Positions 7,316 to 15,288 of a stretch of 16,868 nt of DNA are shown here, one piece after another. The stretch's first letter is position 1. Every line of letters starts with the position of its first letter. The notes under the pieces are model-generated. The model saw only the letters and a list, made by a program, of their open reading frames with translations. It did not search any database and was not told the origin of the DNA. Position numbers and translations under genes: made by a program. Where the stretch lies: NCBI GenBank assembly GCA_031459625.1, contig JAVKIH010000038.1, positions 1-16,868 on the forward strand, written 5' to 3'. Source of the stretch: Candidatus Geohabitans tengchongensis (lineage in GTDB: Bacteria > Sysuimicrobiota > Sysuimicrobiia > Sysuimicrobiales > Humicultoraceae).

Positions 7316-7966
7316 TCACAGCGCCCGCTCCATCCGGCTCAGGCTCGTGTTCTCGCCGACCACGACGAGCACGTCCCCCTGCAGCAGGCGCTGGTCGGGG
7401 GCCGGGGCGATGAGCATCTGCTGGTCGCGGCGGACGAGCAGCACGTTCACCCCGAACCGCCCCGGCAGGTTGAGCTCCCCGAGGGTGCGCCCGGCCAGAC
7501 GCTCGGTGACCTGGACCTCCTCCACGCGCAGGTTGGGGGCCAGGGCGAAGTAGTCGATGACGTTGGGCGAGGCCAGCTGGCGGGCCACCCGCACGCCCAT
7601 GTCCCGCTCGGGGAAGATCACCACGTCCGCGCCCACCTTCTCCAGCACCCGGCCCTGCGTCTCGCTCCCGGCCTTGGCGATGACCCGCCGACACCCCAGC
7701 TCCTTCAGCAGGAGCGTGGTGAGGATCGACTCCTGGATGTTGGCGCCGATGGCCACCACGACGGCGTCGAAGTTCGTCACCCCCACCGCCCGCAGCGCCT
7801 CGGCGTCGGTGGAGTCGGCCTGCACCACGTGGGTGACGTGGTCCTGCACGGCGCGCAGGCGCTCCTCGTCCTTGTCGATGGCCAGCACGTTGTGCCCCAG
7901 GTCGTAGAGCGTGCGGGCGACGCTGCTGCCGAACCGTCCGATGCCGATCACGGCGAAGTCGCCCAT
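7316..7966 (-). CDS. ktrA: Ktr/Trk potassium uptake regulatory RCK subunit (KtrA/KtrC-like)
   Basis: FAVIGIGRFG Rossmann motif, VLAID, VVVAIG, IAKA, KVGADVVIFPERDMG, and a C-terminal RCK_C domain. Confidence 0.92.
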   Translation of the reverse strand: MGDFAVIGIGRFGSSVARTLYDLGHNVLAIDKDEERLRAVQDHVTHVVQADSTDAEALRAVGVTNFDAVVVAIGANIQESILTTLLLKELGCRRVIAKAGSETQGRVLEKVGADVVIFPERDMGVRVARQLASPNVIDYFALAPNLRVEEVQVTERLAGRTLGELNLPGRFGVNVLLVRRDQQMLIAPAPDQRLLQGDVLVVVGENTSLSRMERAL

Positions 7967-7993
7967 CCTCTCCTCCCTCCCCTCGGCCCCGCC

Positions 7994-9439
7994 TCAGCCG
8001 ACGTAGACGGGCTCCTCCGGGTAGCGGAAGGGCAGCCGCCGCTGGCGGCGCGTCAGCCCGAAGGCCAGCGTTAGCAGCCCCACCCGGCCGGTGTAGACGG
8101 TCAGGATGATGATGCCCTTGCCGGCGGCGGTCAGCTGCGGGGTCAGGCCGGTGGAGAGCCCCACCGTGCCGAAGCCGGAGACCACCTCGAAGAGCGCCGG
8201 CAGGAAGTCCACCCGCTGCACCAGGCTCAGCAGGATGGACATGGAGACGACGAAGGCCACGCTCAGCAGCGCGATGGTCACCGCCTTGTAGACGATCACC
8301 GGCGGCAGCCGGCGGCGGAAGAGCACCGGGTCGGGGTGGCCGCGCAGCATGGCCAGGATCACCGCCATCGGGGCCACGAAGGTGGTGGTGTGGATCCCGC
8401 CGGCGGTGCCGCCGGGCGAGCCGCCGATGAACATCAGAACGATGATGAGCATGAGCGTGGGGTCGTAGAGCTGGCCGATGGCCACCGTGTTGAACCCGGC
8501 CGTGCGCGGGGTGACGCTCTGGAAGAAGGCGGCCAGGACCTTGCCGGGCCAGCTGAGCGGCCCCAGGGTGTGGGGGTTGGCGAACTCGAAGAGCAGCACC
8601 GCGGCGGTCCCGGCGGCCAGCAGGGCGGCGGTGGTGGCCAGCACGATGCGCGTGTGCAGGGCCAGCCGCCGGTCCCGGTTGGTCACGTCCTGCAGCACGC
8701 CGAAGCCCAGCCCGCCGAGGACGATGAGCGCGGCCAGCGTCAGGTTGACCGGGACGTCGGTGACGTAGGGGGTCAGGCTGCGGAAGCCCCCCAGCAGGTC
8801 GAAGCCGGCGTTGTTGAAGGCGGAGACGGCGTGGAAGACCCCCCAGTACAGCCCGCGGCCCAGCCCCTCGGTGGGGATCCAGCGGGCCGCCAGCAGGAGC
8901 GCCCCCGCCCCCTCGATGGCCAGGGTGACCAGGATGAGGGTGCGCGTGAAGCGCACCACCCCCCCGAGCTGCCCGTAGCTCACGCTCTCCTGGAGCAGGA
9001 CGCGCTCGCGCAGGCCGATGCGCCGCCCCAGCAGCAGGGCGAAGAGGATGGTGGAGGTCATGTAGCCGAAGCCGCCGAGCTGGATGAGGCCGAGGATGAC
9101 CAGCTCCCCGAAGGTGGACCAGTGGTCGGCGGTGTCGTAGATCACCAGGCCGGTCACGCAGGTGGCGGAGGTGGCGGTGAAGAGCGCGTCCAGGGCGGGG
9201 GTGGGGCGGCCGTCCTCGGTGGCCGCCGGGAGCATGAGCAGCACGGTGCCGACGAGGATGAGCCCGGCGAAGCCGACCAGGATGGTCTGCGCCGGGGAGA
9301 GGGTGATCCGGGCCAGCAGGGGGCGGGGGCGGAACCCCGGCCAGCGCTCCCAGGGGAGGCGGCCGGCGCCCGGGGCGGTGGCCGTGGACGATCCGGCCGG
9401 CGGTGGGGTGGGCGGAGAACCGGTGGAGGGGTGCGCCAT
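7994..9439 (-). CDS. ktrB: Ktr/TrkH-family potassium transporter membrane subunit (KtrB/KtrD-like)
   Basis: Four pore loops: FTATSATCVTGL, SAFNNAGF, TPRTAGF and SGFGTVGLS. Also LIQLGGFG, LMFIGGSPGGTAGG and a C-terminal YPEEPVYVG. Confidence 0.93.
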   Translation of the reverse strand: MAHPSTGSPPTPPPAGSSTATAPGAGRLPWERWPGFRPRPLLARITLSPAQTILVGFAGLILVGTVLLMLPAATEDGRPTPALDALFTATSATCVTGLVIYDTADHWSTFGELVILGLIQLGGFGYMTSTILFALLLGRRIGLRERVLLQESVSYGQLGGVVRFTRTLILVTLAIEGAGALLLAARWIPTEGLGRGLYWGVFHAVSAFNNAGFDLLGGFRSLTPYVTDVPVNLTLAALIVLGGLGFGVLQDVTNRDRRLALHTRIVLATTAALLAAGTAAVLLFEFANPHTLGPLSWPGKVLAAFFQSVTPRTAGFNTVAIGQLYDPTLMLIIVLMFIGGSPGGTAGGIHTTTFVAPMAVILAMLRGHPDPVLFRRRLPPVIVYKAVTIALLSVAFVVSMSILLSLVQRVDFLPALFEVVSGFGTVGLSTGLTPQLTAAGKGIIILTVYTGRVGLLTLAFGLTRRQRRLPFRYPEEPVYVG

Positions 9440-9475
9440 GGCCGTCCCCCTGGGCCCCCGGCCCGGGCCCGGCCG

Positions 9476-9883
9476 CTAGCGGTCGCTCCCCTCCCTGGAG
9501 GCGGCCGGGACGGCCCCGTCGGGGGGGCTCGCCTCGGCGGCGCGCGCGCGGGCCACCAGCGCGGCAAAGGCGGCCCGGTCGGTGGTGGCCAGCTCGGCCA
9601 GGACCTTGCGGTTCACCGCCACCCCGGCGCGACGCAGCCCGGCGATGAACCGCCCGTAGGGCAGCCCCTCCTGGCGGGCGGCCGCGTTGATGCGCAGGAT
9701 CCACAGGCGCCGGAAGTCCCGCTTGCGCAGGCGCCGGTCGCGGTAGGCCCGGGCCAGCGCCCGCATGACGTACTGGTGGGCCACCCGGAACCAGCGGGAC
9801 TTGGCCCCGTAGTAGCCGCGCGCCAGCTTCAGGATCTTCTTGTGGCGGCGGCGCGTCGTCACGCCGCGCTTCACGCGTGCCAT
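9476..9883 (-). CDS. rplT: 50S ribosomal protein L20
   Basis: [59 protein letters not shown]. Confidence 0.98.
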   Translation of the reverse strand: MARVKRGVTTRRRHKKILKLARGYYGAKSRWFRVAHQYVMRALARAYRDRRLRKRDFRRLWILRINAAARQEGLPYGRFIAGLRRAGVAVNRKVLAELATTDRAAFAALVARARAAEASPPDGAVPAASREGSDR

Positions 9884-9913
9884 CGGTCCCTCACTCCTGC
9901 AGCGCCCCGGCCG

Positions 9914-10111
9914 TCAGGCTCCCGGCAGGAGCCGGCGCACCCGGGCCTCGTCGGCCGGGTGGACCGGCACGCGCCGGCCCAGCGAGCGGCGGCGCTTGGG
10001 CCGCTTCTTGACCATGAGGTGGCCGCTCTGCTGGCGCCCGCGGGTCAGTCGGCCGGTGCCGGTGCGCCCGATCCGCTTGGCCGTCCCCTGGTGCGTCTTC
10101 GCCCTGGGCAT
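9914..10111 (-). CDS. rpmI: 50S ribosomal protein L35, 65 aa
   Basis: MPRAKTHQGTAKRIGRTGTGRL...HLMVKKRPKRRRSL...VRRLLP, lying between infC and rplT. Confidence 0.95.
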   Translation of the reverse strand: MPRAKTHQGTAKRIGRTGTGRLTRGRQQSGHLMVKKRPKRRRSLGRRVPVHPADEARVRRLLPGA

Positions 10112-10131
10112 GTCGCTGCGTCCCGTGCGGC

Positions 10132-10647
10132 CTACCCCGACTTCCGCGGGGAGAGGACCATGATCATGTTCCGCCCCTCCAGGCGCGGCTGGCTCTCGAT
10201 GGTGCCCACGTCGGCCACCGACTCGGCCAGCCGCCGCAGGAGCATCTCCCCCACGCGGGGGTGGGCCATCTGCCGGCCGCGGAACCACATGGCCACGCGC
10301 ACCTTGTGTCCTTCCTTCAAGAACTCATGCACGTGCCGCGTCTTGACCGCGAAGTCCCGCTCCCCGATGTTCGGGCTCATGCGCATGCCCTTCAGGTCCC
10401 CGCCGCGCTGCTTGCGGTGGGCCTCGCGGTCCCGCTTGGCCTGCTCGTACTTGTAGCGCCCGTAGTCCATGATCTTGACTACGGGCGGGTTGGCGGTGGG
10501 AGCCACCTCGACGAGGTCGAGCTGCGCCTCCTGAGCGCGCCGGAGGGCCTCCTGCGTCGACATGATGCCGAGCTGTTCACCCTGCGTGCCGATCACCCGC
10601 ACTTCGCGGGCCCGGATGCGCTCGTTGACCCTTGGCTGTTTGTCGAT
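10132..10647 (-). CDS. infC: Translation initiation factor IF-3 (probable AUC start), 171 aa
   Basis: RVNERIRAREVRVIG, LDLVEVAPTANPPVVKIMDYGRYKYE, FLKEGHKVRV, FRGRQMAHP, PRLEGRNMIMVLSP. GGAGG (10662-10658) lies 10 nt before ATC. Confidence 0.95.
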   Translation of the reverse strand: MDKQPRVNERIRAREVRVIGTQGEQLGIMSTQEALRRAQEAQLDLVEVAPTANPPVVKIMDYGRYKYEQAKRDREAHRKQRGGDLKGMRMSPNIGERDFAVKTRHVHEFLKEGHKVRVAMWFRGRQMAHPRVGEMLLRRLAESVADVGTIESQPRLEGRNMIMVLSPRKSG

Positions 10648-10726
10648 GCGGCTCGTCCCTCCACTTACATTACAGACAACTCGCCCGACGAGCGACTCGC
10701 CGCCCCCGTCTCCGGGCATGGCCCTG

Positions 10727-10755
10727 AATAGACAAGAGCGGCCGAGAGGCCGCCC
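10727..10755 (-). terminator. Terminator-like hairpin in infC leader (possible attenuator)
   Basis: Minus-strand GGGCGGCC-TCTC-GGCCGCTC followed by TTGTCTATT. Confidence 0.5.
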
Positions 10756-10791
10756 AACGGTCGACCCCGACCCCTGGTCGAGACCGGGTGG

Positions 10792-10820
10792 AGTATAGCA
10801 TCGGCCCTGGGGTGGGTCAA
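10792..10820 (-). promoter_or_regulatory. sigma70/sigmaA-type promoter for infC-rpmI-rplT, with extended -10
   Basis: TTGACC (10820-10815), 17-nt spacer ending TGC, TATACT (10797-10792). Confidence 0.82.
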
Positions 10821-10878
10821 TCGAGCGCAGCGGGAAAAACCCCCTGGGCGCCCGAAATGCCCTGAAGACGGGACGACA

Positions 10879-11661
10879 ATGGCACAGGCTCGCCTGGAGG
10901 GGACCCTGGACCGGCTCGGCCGACAGACCCTCCAGCTCCTCCACGAGACCGGCGCCGTCGCCCTGCTGCTGGGGCGCGCGGCGCGCTGGATCGGCCGGGG
11001 GACGCTGGAGTGGCCGCAGACCGTCCGGCAGATGGCCCGGGTGGGGGTGGAGTCGATCCCCATCATCCTGGTGACGGGGGCCTTCTCCGGGATGGTGCTC
11101 GCCTTCCAGACCACCCGTCAGCTCATCCGGCTCGGCGGACAGGGGTTCGTGGGCGGGTTGGTGAGCCTCTCCCTGGCGCGGGAGGCGGCGCCGGTCTTCA
11201 CCGCCGTCACCGTGGCCGGGCGCATCGGGGCGGGCTTCGCCGCGGAGATCGGGACGATGGCCGTCACCGAGCAGCTCGACGCCCTGCGCGTCCTGGCCAC
11301 CGACCCGGTGCGCTACCTGGTCGTGCCGCGCCTGCTGGCGGGGCTGGTGATGCTGCCGGTGCTGACGGTCTTCGCCAACGCCGCCGGGTTCCTGGGCGGC
11401 CTGCTCATCGCCGCCTCGGGAGGCGTGAGCCCGCCCGTCTACCTGGCCTCGGTGCGCCGCTTCCTCGACGCCTACGACCTGGTGAGCGGGCTGGGCAAAG
11501 CCGCCGCCTTCGGGGTGATCATCGCCCTCATCGGCGCCTACCGGGGCCTGGCCGCCGCCGGCGGCGCCGAAGGGGTGGGGCGGGCCACCACCGGGGCCGT
11601 GGTCACGGCCATCGTCCTCATCCTGGTGTGCAACTACTTCCTCGACCTGGTGCTCTTCTGA
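10879..11661 (+). CDS. mlaE: MlaE/YrbE-family ABC transporter permease
   Basis: QMARVGVESIPI, REAAPVFTAVTVAGRIGAGFAAEIGTMAVTEQLDAL, DPVRYLVVPR, GGAEGVGRATTGAVV. Confidence 0.93.
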   Translation: MAQARLEGTLDRLGRQTLQLLHETGAVALLLGRAARWIGRGTLEWPQTVRQMARVGVESIPIILVTGAFSGMVLAFQTTRQLIRLGGQGFVGGLVSLSLAREAAPVFTAVTVAGRIGAGFAAEIGTMAVTEQLDALRVLATDPVRYLVVPRLLAGLVMLPVLTVFANAAGFLGGLLIAASGGVSPPVYLASVRRFLDAYDLVSGLGKAAAFGVIIALIGAYRGLAAAGGAEGVGRATTGAVVTAIVLILVCNYFLDLVLF

Positions 11662-11690
11662 GGGGGACGGGCCCGAGGGTGACGGGGCCG

Positions 11691-12491
11691 ATGGCGGACC
11701 AGCGGACCGGGCCAGCGGCGGCGGGCGAGGCGATCCTCCAGGTGCGGGGCCTCAGCAAGCGCCTGGGGAGGGTGGAGGCGCTGCGGGACGTGACCTTCAC
11801 GGTGCACGAGGGGGAGAGCTTCGTCATCATGGGACCGAGCGGGGCGGGCAAGAGCGTCCTGCTCAAGCACCTGGTGGGCCTGCTCCGCCCCGACGCCGGC
11901 GAGATCGTCCTGTGGGGCCTGCCGGTGCACGACGCCGACGAGGCCACCTGGGACCGCCTGCGGACCCGCATCGGGGTGGTCTTCCAGTCGGCGGCGCTCT
12001 TCGACTCGCTGACGGTGGGCGAGAACGTCGCCTTCCCGCTGCGCCGCCACCGCCGCCTGGCCGAGGAGGAGATCCGCCGCATCGTCGCAGCCAAGCTGCG
12101 GCTGGTCGACCTGGAAGGGGTGGAGGACCGCCTCCCCGCCGAACTCAGCGGCGGCATGCGCAAGCGCGTGGGGATCGCCCGGGCGCTCGCCCTGGACCCC
12201 GAGCTCATCCTCTACGACGAGCCCACCGGCGGGCTCGACCCGCTCACCGCGCGCGCCGTCGACGCGCTGATCGCCCGGCTGCGCGCGCAGCTGGCCGTGA
12301 CCTCTGTGATCGTCACCCACGACCTGGAGACCGCCTTCGGGGTGGGCGACCGCCTGGCGCTGCTGTGGGAGGGGCGCCTGGTGGCGGTGGGGCCGCCGCC
12401 GGCGGTGGCGGCCGACCCGCGGCCGGAGGTCCAGAGCTTCCTGGGGTTGCGGGCGCAGGTGATCCCGCCGGCGGCGGTGGTGCGGCGATGA
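11691..12491 (+). CDS. mlaF: MlaF/Mkl-family ABC ATPase (start ATG 11691, or GTG 11679)
   Basis: Walker A GPSGAGKS, FQSAALFDSLTVGENVAF, LSGGMRKRVGIARA, YDEPTGGLDP, VTHD. Confidence 0.93.
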   Translation: MADQRTGPAAAGEAILQVRGLSKRLGRVEALRDVTFTVHEGESFVIMGPSGAGKSVLLKHLVGLLRPDAGEIVLWGLPVHDADEATWDRLRTRIGVVFQSAALFDSLTVGENVAFPLRRHRRLAEEEIRRIVAAKLRLVDLEGVEDRLPAELSGGMRKRVGIARALALDPELILYDEPTGGLDPLTARAVDALIARLRAQLAVTSVIVTHDLETAFGVGDRLALLWEGRLVAVGPPPAVAADPRPEVQSFLGLRAQVIPPAAVVRR

Positions 12492-13837
12492 GCCCGGAGG
12501 CCCGCGTCGGGCTGGCCACGGTGCTGGCCTTCATCCTGCTGCTCGGGCTCGTGCTCTTCCTGCGCGAGCAGGACGTCATCCGGCCGCGGGGGACGGCGCT
12601 GAGCATCATCTTCCAGAACGCCGCCGGCATCGAGGTGGGCGCCCCGGTGCGCATGGCCGGGGTCACCGTCGGCCGGGTGGTGCGCACCGACCTCGACCCC
12701 ACCAACCAGGCACGCGTCACCATCCTCGTCGAGCGCGGCGTGCGCATCCCCGAAGGGTCGCGCTTCCAGATCGCCATGACCGGGTTCCTCGGGGACCGCT
12801 TCGTGCAGATCACCCCGGGCCCGCCCGGCGCGCCGAGCCTGCCGGCCGGCATCGAGGTGCAGGGGGAGGAGCCCTTCACGGTGGAGGGCGTGGCGCGGCG
12901 GGTCGAGGACCTGGCCGACCGCGCCCAGACCCTCCTCGACCACCTCAACAGCCTGGTGGGGGATCCGGCGCTGCGCGCCCAGCTGCAGGCCACGCTGCGC
13001 AGCGCCGAGGCGGCCACCGGAGCCGCCCGCCGCGCGGCGGAGTCGGTGGAGCGCACCACCCGCCGCCTGGAAGGGCTGGTGGCGCGCGACGTGACGCTGG
13101 CGGCGGGCGACCTGCGCCGCATGAGCGCCACCCTGGCCGCCACCGCGGAGGCCCTCCAGGCCTTCGTACGCCAGACCACCGGCGACGGGCAGCTCGCCCG
13201 GGACATCCGGGAGACCGCCGCCGCCGCCCGCCGCACCAGCCGGCGGGCCGAGCAGATGGCCGCGGACCTGCAGCGCGTGGTGAACCCCCAGACCGCCCGC
13301 ACCGCGCAGCGCACGCTGGACGAGGCGCGCGCCACAGTGCAGGAGGCGCGCGAGGTGGTGCGGCGGGCCGGGGCGGTGGTGCAGCGGGTGAGCGGCGTGG
13401 TCGAGCGGGTGGGGGGCGCCCTGCCCGAGGGGCCCCTCACGGTCCACACGCTGGCGCGGGTGGAGTACGACGTGTGGGTCGGGGGGCCCCGCGCCGGGCA
13501 CGGCCTCACGCTGGCGGTCTTCCCCGACGCGCCCCGCTTCTACCGGCTGGGGCTGCACGACATCGGCGGCACCAACGGTCTCGTCCTGCAGGTGGGGCAA
13601 CGCCTCTCCACCGACCTGGCCTGGCGCGCCGGCGTCTTCGACTCCCAGGTGGGCGTGGGCCTCGACTACCGCCTGGGCCCGGCGGTGGGGATGGGCCTGG
13701 ATCTCTACAACGTCAACCAGCCGACCCTCGACCTGGTGGCGCGCTACCAGGTGACCCCGGGGTGGCGGCTGTCGCTCGGCGCGCGCAACGTCCTGCGCCA
13801 GCCGTCGCTGCTGGTGGGGGTCGGCTTCACCTTCTAG
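12488..13837 (+). CDS. mlaD: MlaD/MCE-family protein with helical stalk and beta-barrel-like C-terminus, 449 aa
   Basis: ATGA overlap with mlaF. MSPEARVG plus a TM helix, then MCE motifs GIEVGAPVRMAGVTVGRV and GFLGDRFVQITPG. An Ala/Arg-rich helical region follows, then alternating beta-strands ending GVGFTF. Confidence 0.9.
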   Translation: MSPEARVGLATVLAFILLLGLVLFLREQDVIRPRGTALSIIFQNAAGIEVGAPVRMAGVTVGRVVRTDLDPTNQARVTILVERGVRIPEGSRFQIAMTGFLGDRFVQITPGPPGAPSLPAGIEVQGEEPFTVEGVARRVEDLADRAQTLLDHLNSLVGDPALRAQLQATLRSAEAATGAARRAAESVERTTRRLEGLVARDVTLAAGDLRRMSATLAATAEALQAFVRQTTGDGQLARDIRETAAAARRTSRRAEQMAADLQRVVNPQTARTAQRTLDEARATVQEAREVVRRAGAVVQRVSGVVERVGGALPEGPLTVHTLARVEYDVWVGGPRAGHGLTLAVFPDAPRFYRLGLHDIGGTNGLVLQVGQRLSTDLAWRAGVFDSQVGVGLDYRLGPAVGMGLDLYNVNQPTLDLVARYQVTPGWRLSLGARNVLRQPSLLVGVGFTF

Positions 13838-13977
13838 CTGCATCGGTCAGGAATTCCTCGTTGGCCGGTGCCGAAGCCGCGGCCGCTGGCCACGACGTGC
13901 GGCACGCGACCCAGCGCATGCGTGGTCCGCTGCACGATGGTCTGCAGTCGCGTCGGCAGCTGGTACACGAAGTGGCC
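13838..13977 (-). pseudogene. Probable degraded DDE transposase fragment (ISNCY/IS5-like)
   Basis: The minus strand reads LQTIVQRTTHALGRVPHVVASGRGFGT, then after a frameshift ANEEFLTDA. This resembles the G-R-x-P-x-x-V-A-A-D-R-G-F-x-S-x-x-N-E segment of such transposases. Confidence 0.4.
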
Positions 13978-14040
13978 TCAGATGGTCGATGAGGCAACGG
14001 GCCCAGCCTCGCTTGTTCCCCCATGAGGCCATGCGGCGTC

Positions 14041-14070
14041 TTGACAGCGCTGACGGCATCCGGGTAATGT
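14041..14070 (+). promoter_or_regulatory. sigma70-type promoter for iclR-sugar ABC operon
   Basis: Perfect TTGACA at 14041-14046, 18-nt spacer, TAATGT at 14065-14070. Confidence 0.6.
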
Positions 14071-14091
14071 TTCATTGAAAAAACTGTCTCA

Positions 14092-14106
14092 TTTCACATA
14101 ATGAAA
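14092..14106. promoter_or_regulatory. Palindromic operator, probable IclR autoregulatory site
   Basis: TTTCA-CATAA-TGAAA overlaps the iclR ATG. A degenerate second site, GTTTCATTGAAAAAAC, lies at 14069-14084. Confidence 0.6.
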
Positions 14107-15288
14107 CACACCGCATCCCCCGGGACGGATCGCTACACCGTGCAGGTGGTGGACAGGGGGCTGGACCTGTTGGAGCTGCTCCGCGACGCCCCCACTCCCC
14201 TCAGTCTCGGGGAGATCGCCCGCCGGCTGGGGGTGGCCAAGACCACCGGCTTCCGCCTCCTGCGCACCCTCGAGCGGCGCGGGTACGTCGAGCGCCTCCC
14301 GGGCGACCACCGCTACCGTCTCGGGCCCGAGTGGGTGGCCTACGTCGGCAGGCTCCCCGGGCCGCCTAGCCTCGCCGAGGCCGCCCTCCCTTACCTCCGC
14401 CGTCTGCGCGATCGGTTTGCCGAGACGGTGAACCTGGGGGTGCTGCGCCAGGGCGAGGTCCTCTACGTTGAGATTCTCGAGAGCCCCCATCCCTTCCGCA
14501 TGGCCGCAGCCGTCGGGGCTCGCTCCCCGGTGCACTCCACGGCGCTGGGGAAGGCTATCGCAGCCCACCTCCCGGACGAGGAGGTGGAGGCCATCGTGAG
14601 GCAGCGGGGGCTCCCGGCTCTCACCTCCCGGACCATCACCTCCCTGGCGGCATTCCGGCGGGAGCTGGAGAAGACCCGACTGAGGGGGTTCGCCGAGGAC
14701 AACGGGGAGACGGAACCCGAGGCGAGCTGCGTGGCAGCCCCGGTCTTTGGGTTCGGGGGGCAGGTGGTGGCCGCTGTGTCCATCTCCGGCCCGACCAGCC
14801 GCATCCAAGCGATTCGGCCGCGGGCCGTCCGGGCCCTCCGGGTGGCGTGCGCCGCCATCTCGCGGGAGCTCGGTTTCACCAGAATGCGAAGCAAGGCGCG
14901 GGGCGCCGCGCCGACAGTATTCACGGGGGGGGACGGCGATGAACGAGGAGTCGCGTGTGACCCGGCGGGAGTTGCTCGACCGGACCAGCCGGCTGGCGCT
15001 GGGCGCGGGCTTAGCCAGCCCTCTGATGACCCTGCTCGCCCGCGCCGCGGCAGCGGCGCCCAGCACCCGGTTGACCGGCGCCTTGACCGTCCTGCTCGGC
15101 TCGCACATGGACCCCGTGAAGACGCTGGTGGCGAAGTACCAGGAGAAGTACGGGGTGCCGCCCCGGGTCGACCTCGTCACGACCCCCGACCTGAAGAACA
15201 AGCTGGTCGCCGCCTTCCTGGCTCGCACTTCCCCCTGGGACGCCGTCTTCGCCACAGCCCAGATCGCTTCCAGCCTTGCCTCCAATAA
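14101..15288 (+). CDS. IclR-family transcriptional regulator (domain ends near 14877; as sequenced the frame runs on to 15288)
   Basis: VQVVDRGLDLLELL, LSLGEIARRLGVAKTTGFRLLRTLERRGYV, ETVNLGV, PVHSTALGKA, CVAAPVF, AAVSISGP, AISRELG. Confidence 0.9.
   Translation: MKHTASPGTDRYTVQVVDRGLDLLELLRDAPTPLSLGEIARRLGVAKTTGFRLLRTLERRGYVERLPGDHRYRLGPEWVAYVGRLPGPPSLAEAALPYLRRLRDRFAETVNLGVLRQGEVLYVEILESPHPFRMAAAVGARSPVHSTALGKAIAAHLPDEEVEAIVRQRGLPALTSRTITSLAAFRRELEKTRLRGFAEDNGETEPEASCVAAPVFGFGGQVVAAVSISGPTSRIQAIRPRAVRALRVACAAISRELGFTRMRSKARGAAPTVFTGGDGDERGVACDPAGVARPDQPAGAGRGLSQPSDDPARPRRGSGAQHPVDRRLDRPARLAHGPREDAGGEVPGEVRGAAPGRPRHDPRPEEQAGRRLPGSHFPLGRRLRHSPDRFQPCLQ
14925..14932 (+). repeat. G8 homopolymer at the iclR/binding-protein junction (also the SD of the binding-protein gene)
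   Basis: CAC-GGGGGGGG-ACGGCG-ATG. Confidence 0.9.

Noticed and set aside
9476..9540. C-terminal extension on L20, and Pro/Ala-rich tails on KtrB, TrmH and Mpg
   Set aside because: Low-complexity terminal tails are common in very GC-rich genomes, and nothing here indicates a function.
10648..10944. 98-aa N-terminal extension of IF3 in the ORF track
   Set aside because: It spans the promoter and overlaps mlaE. The SD plus AUC start explains the gene.
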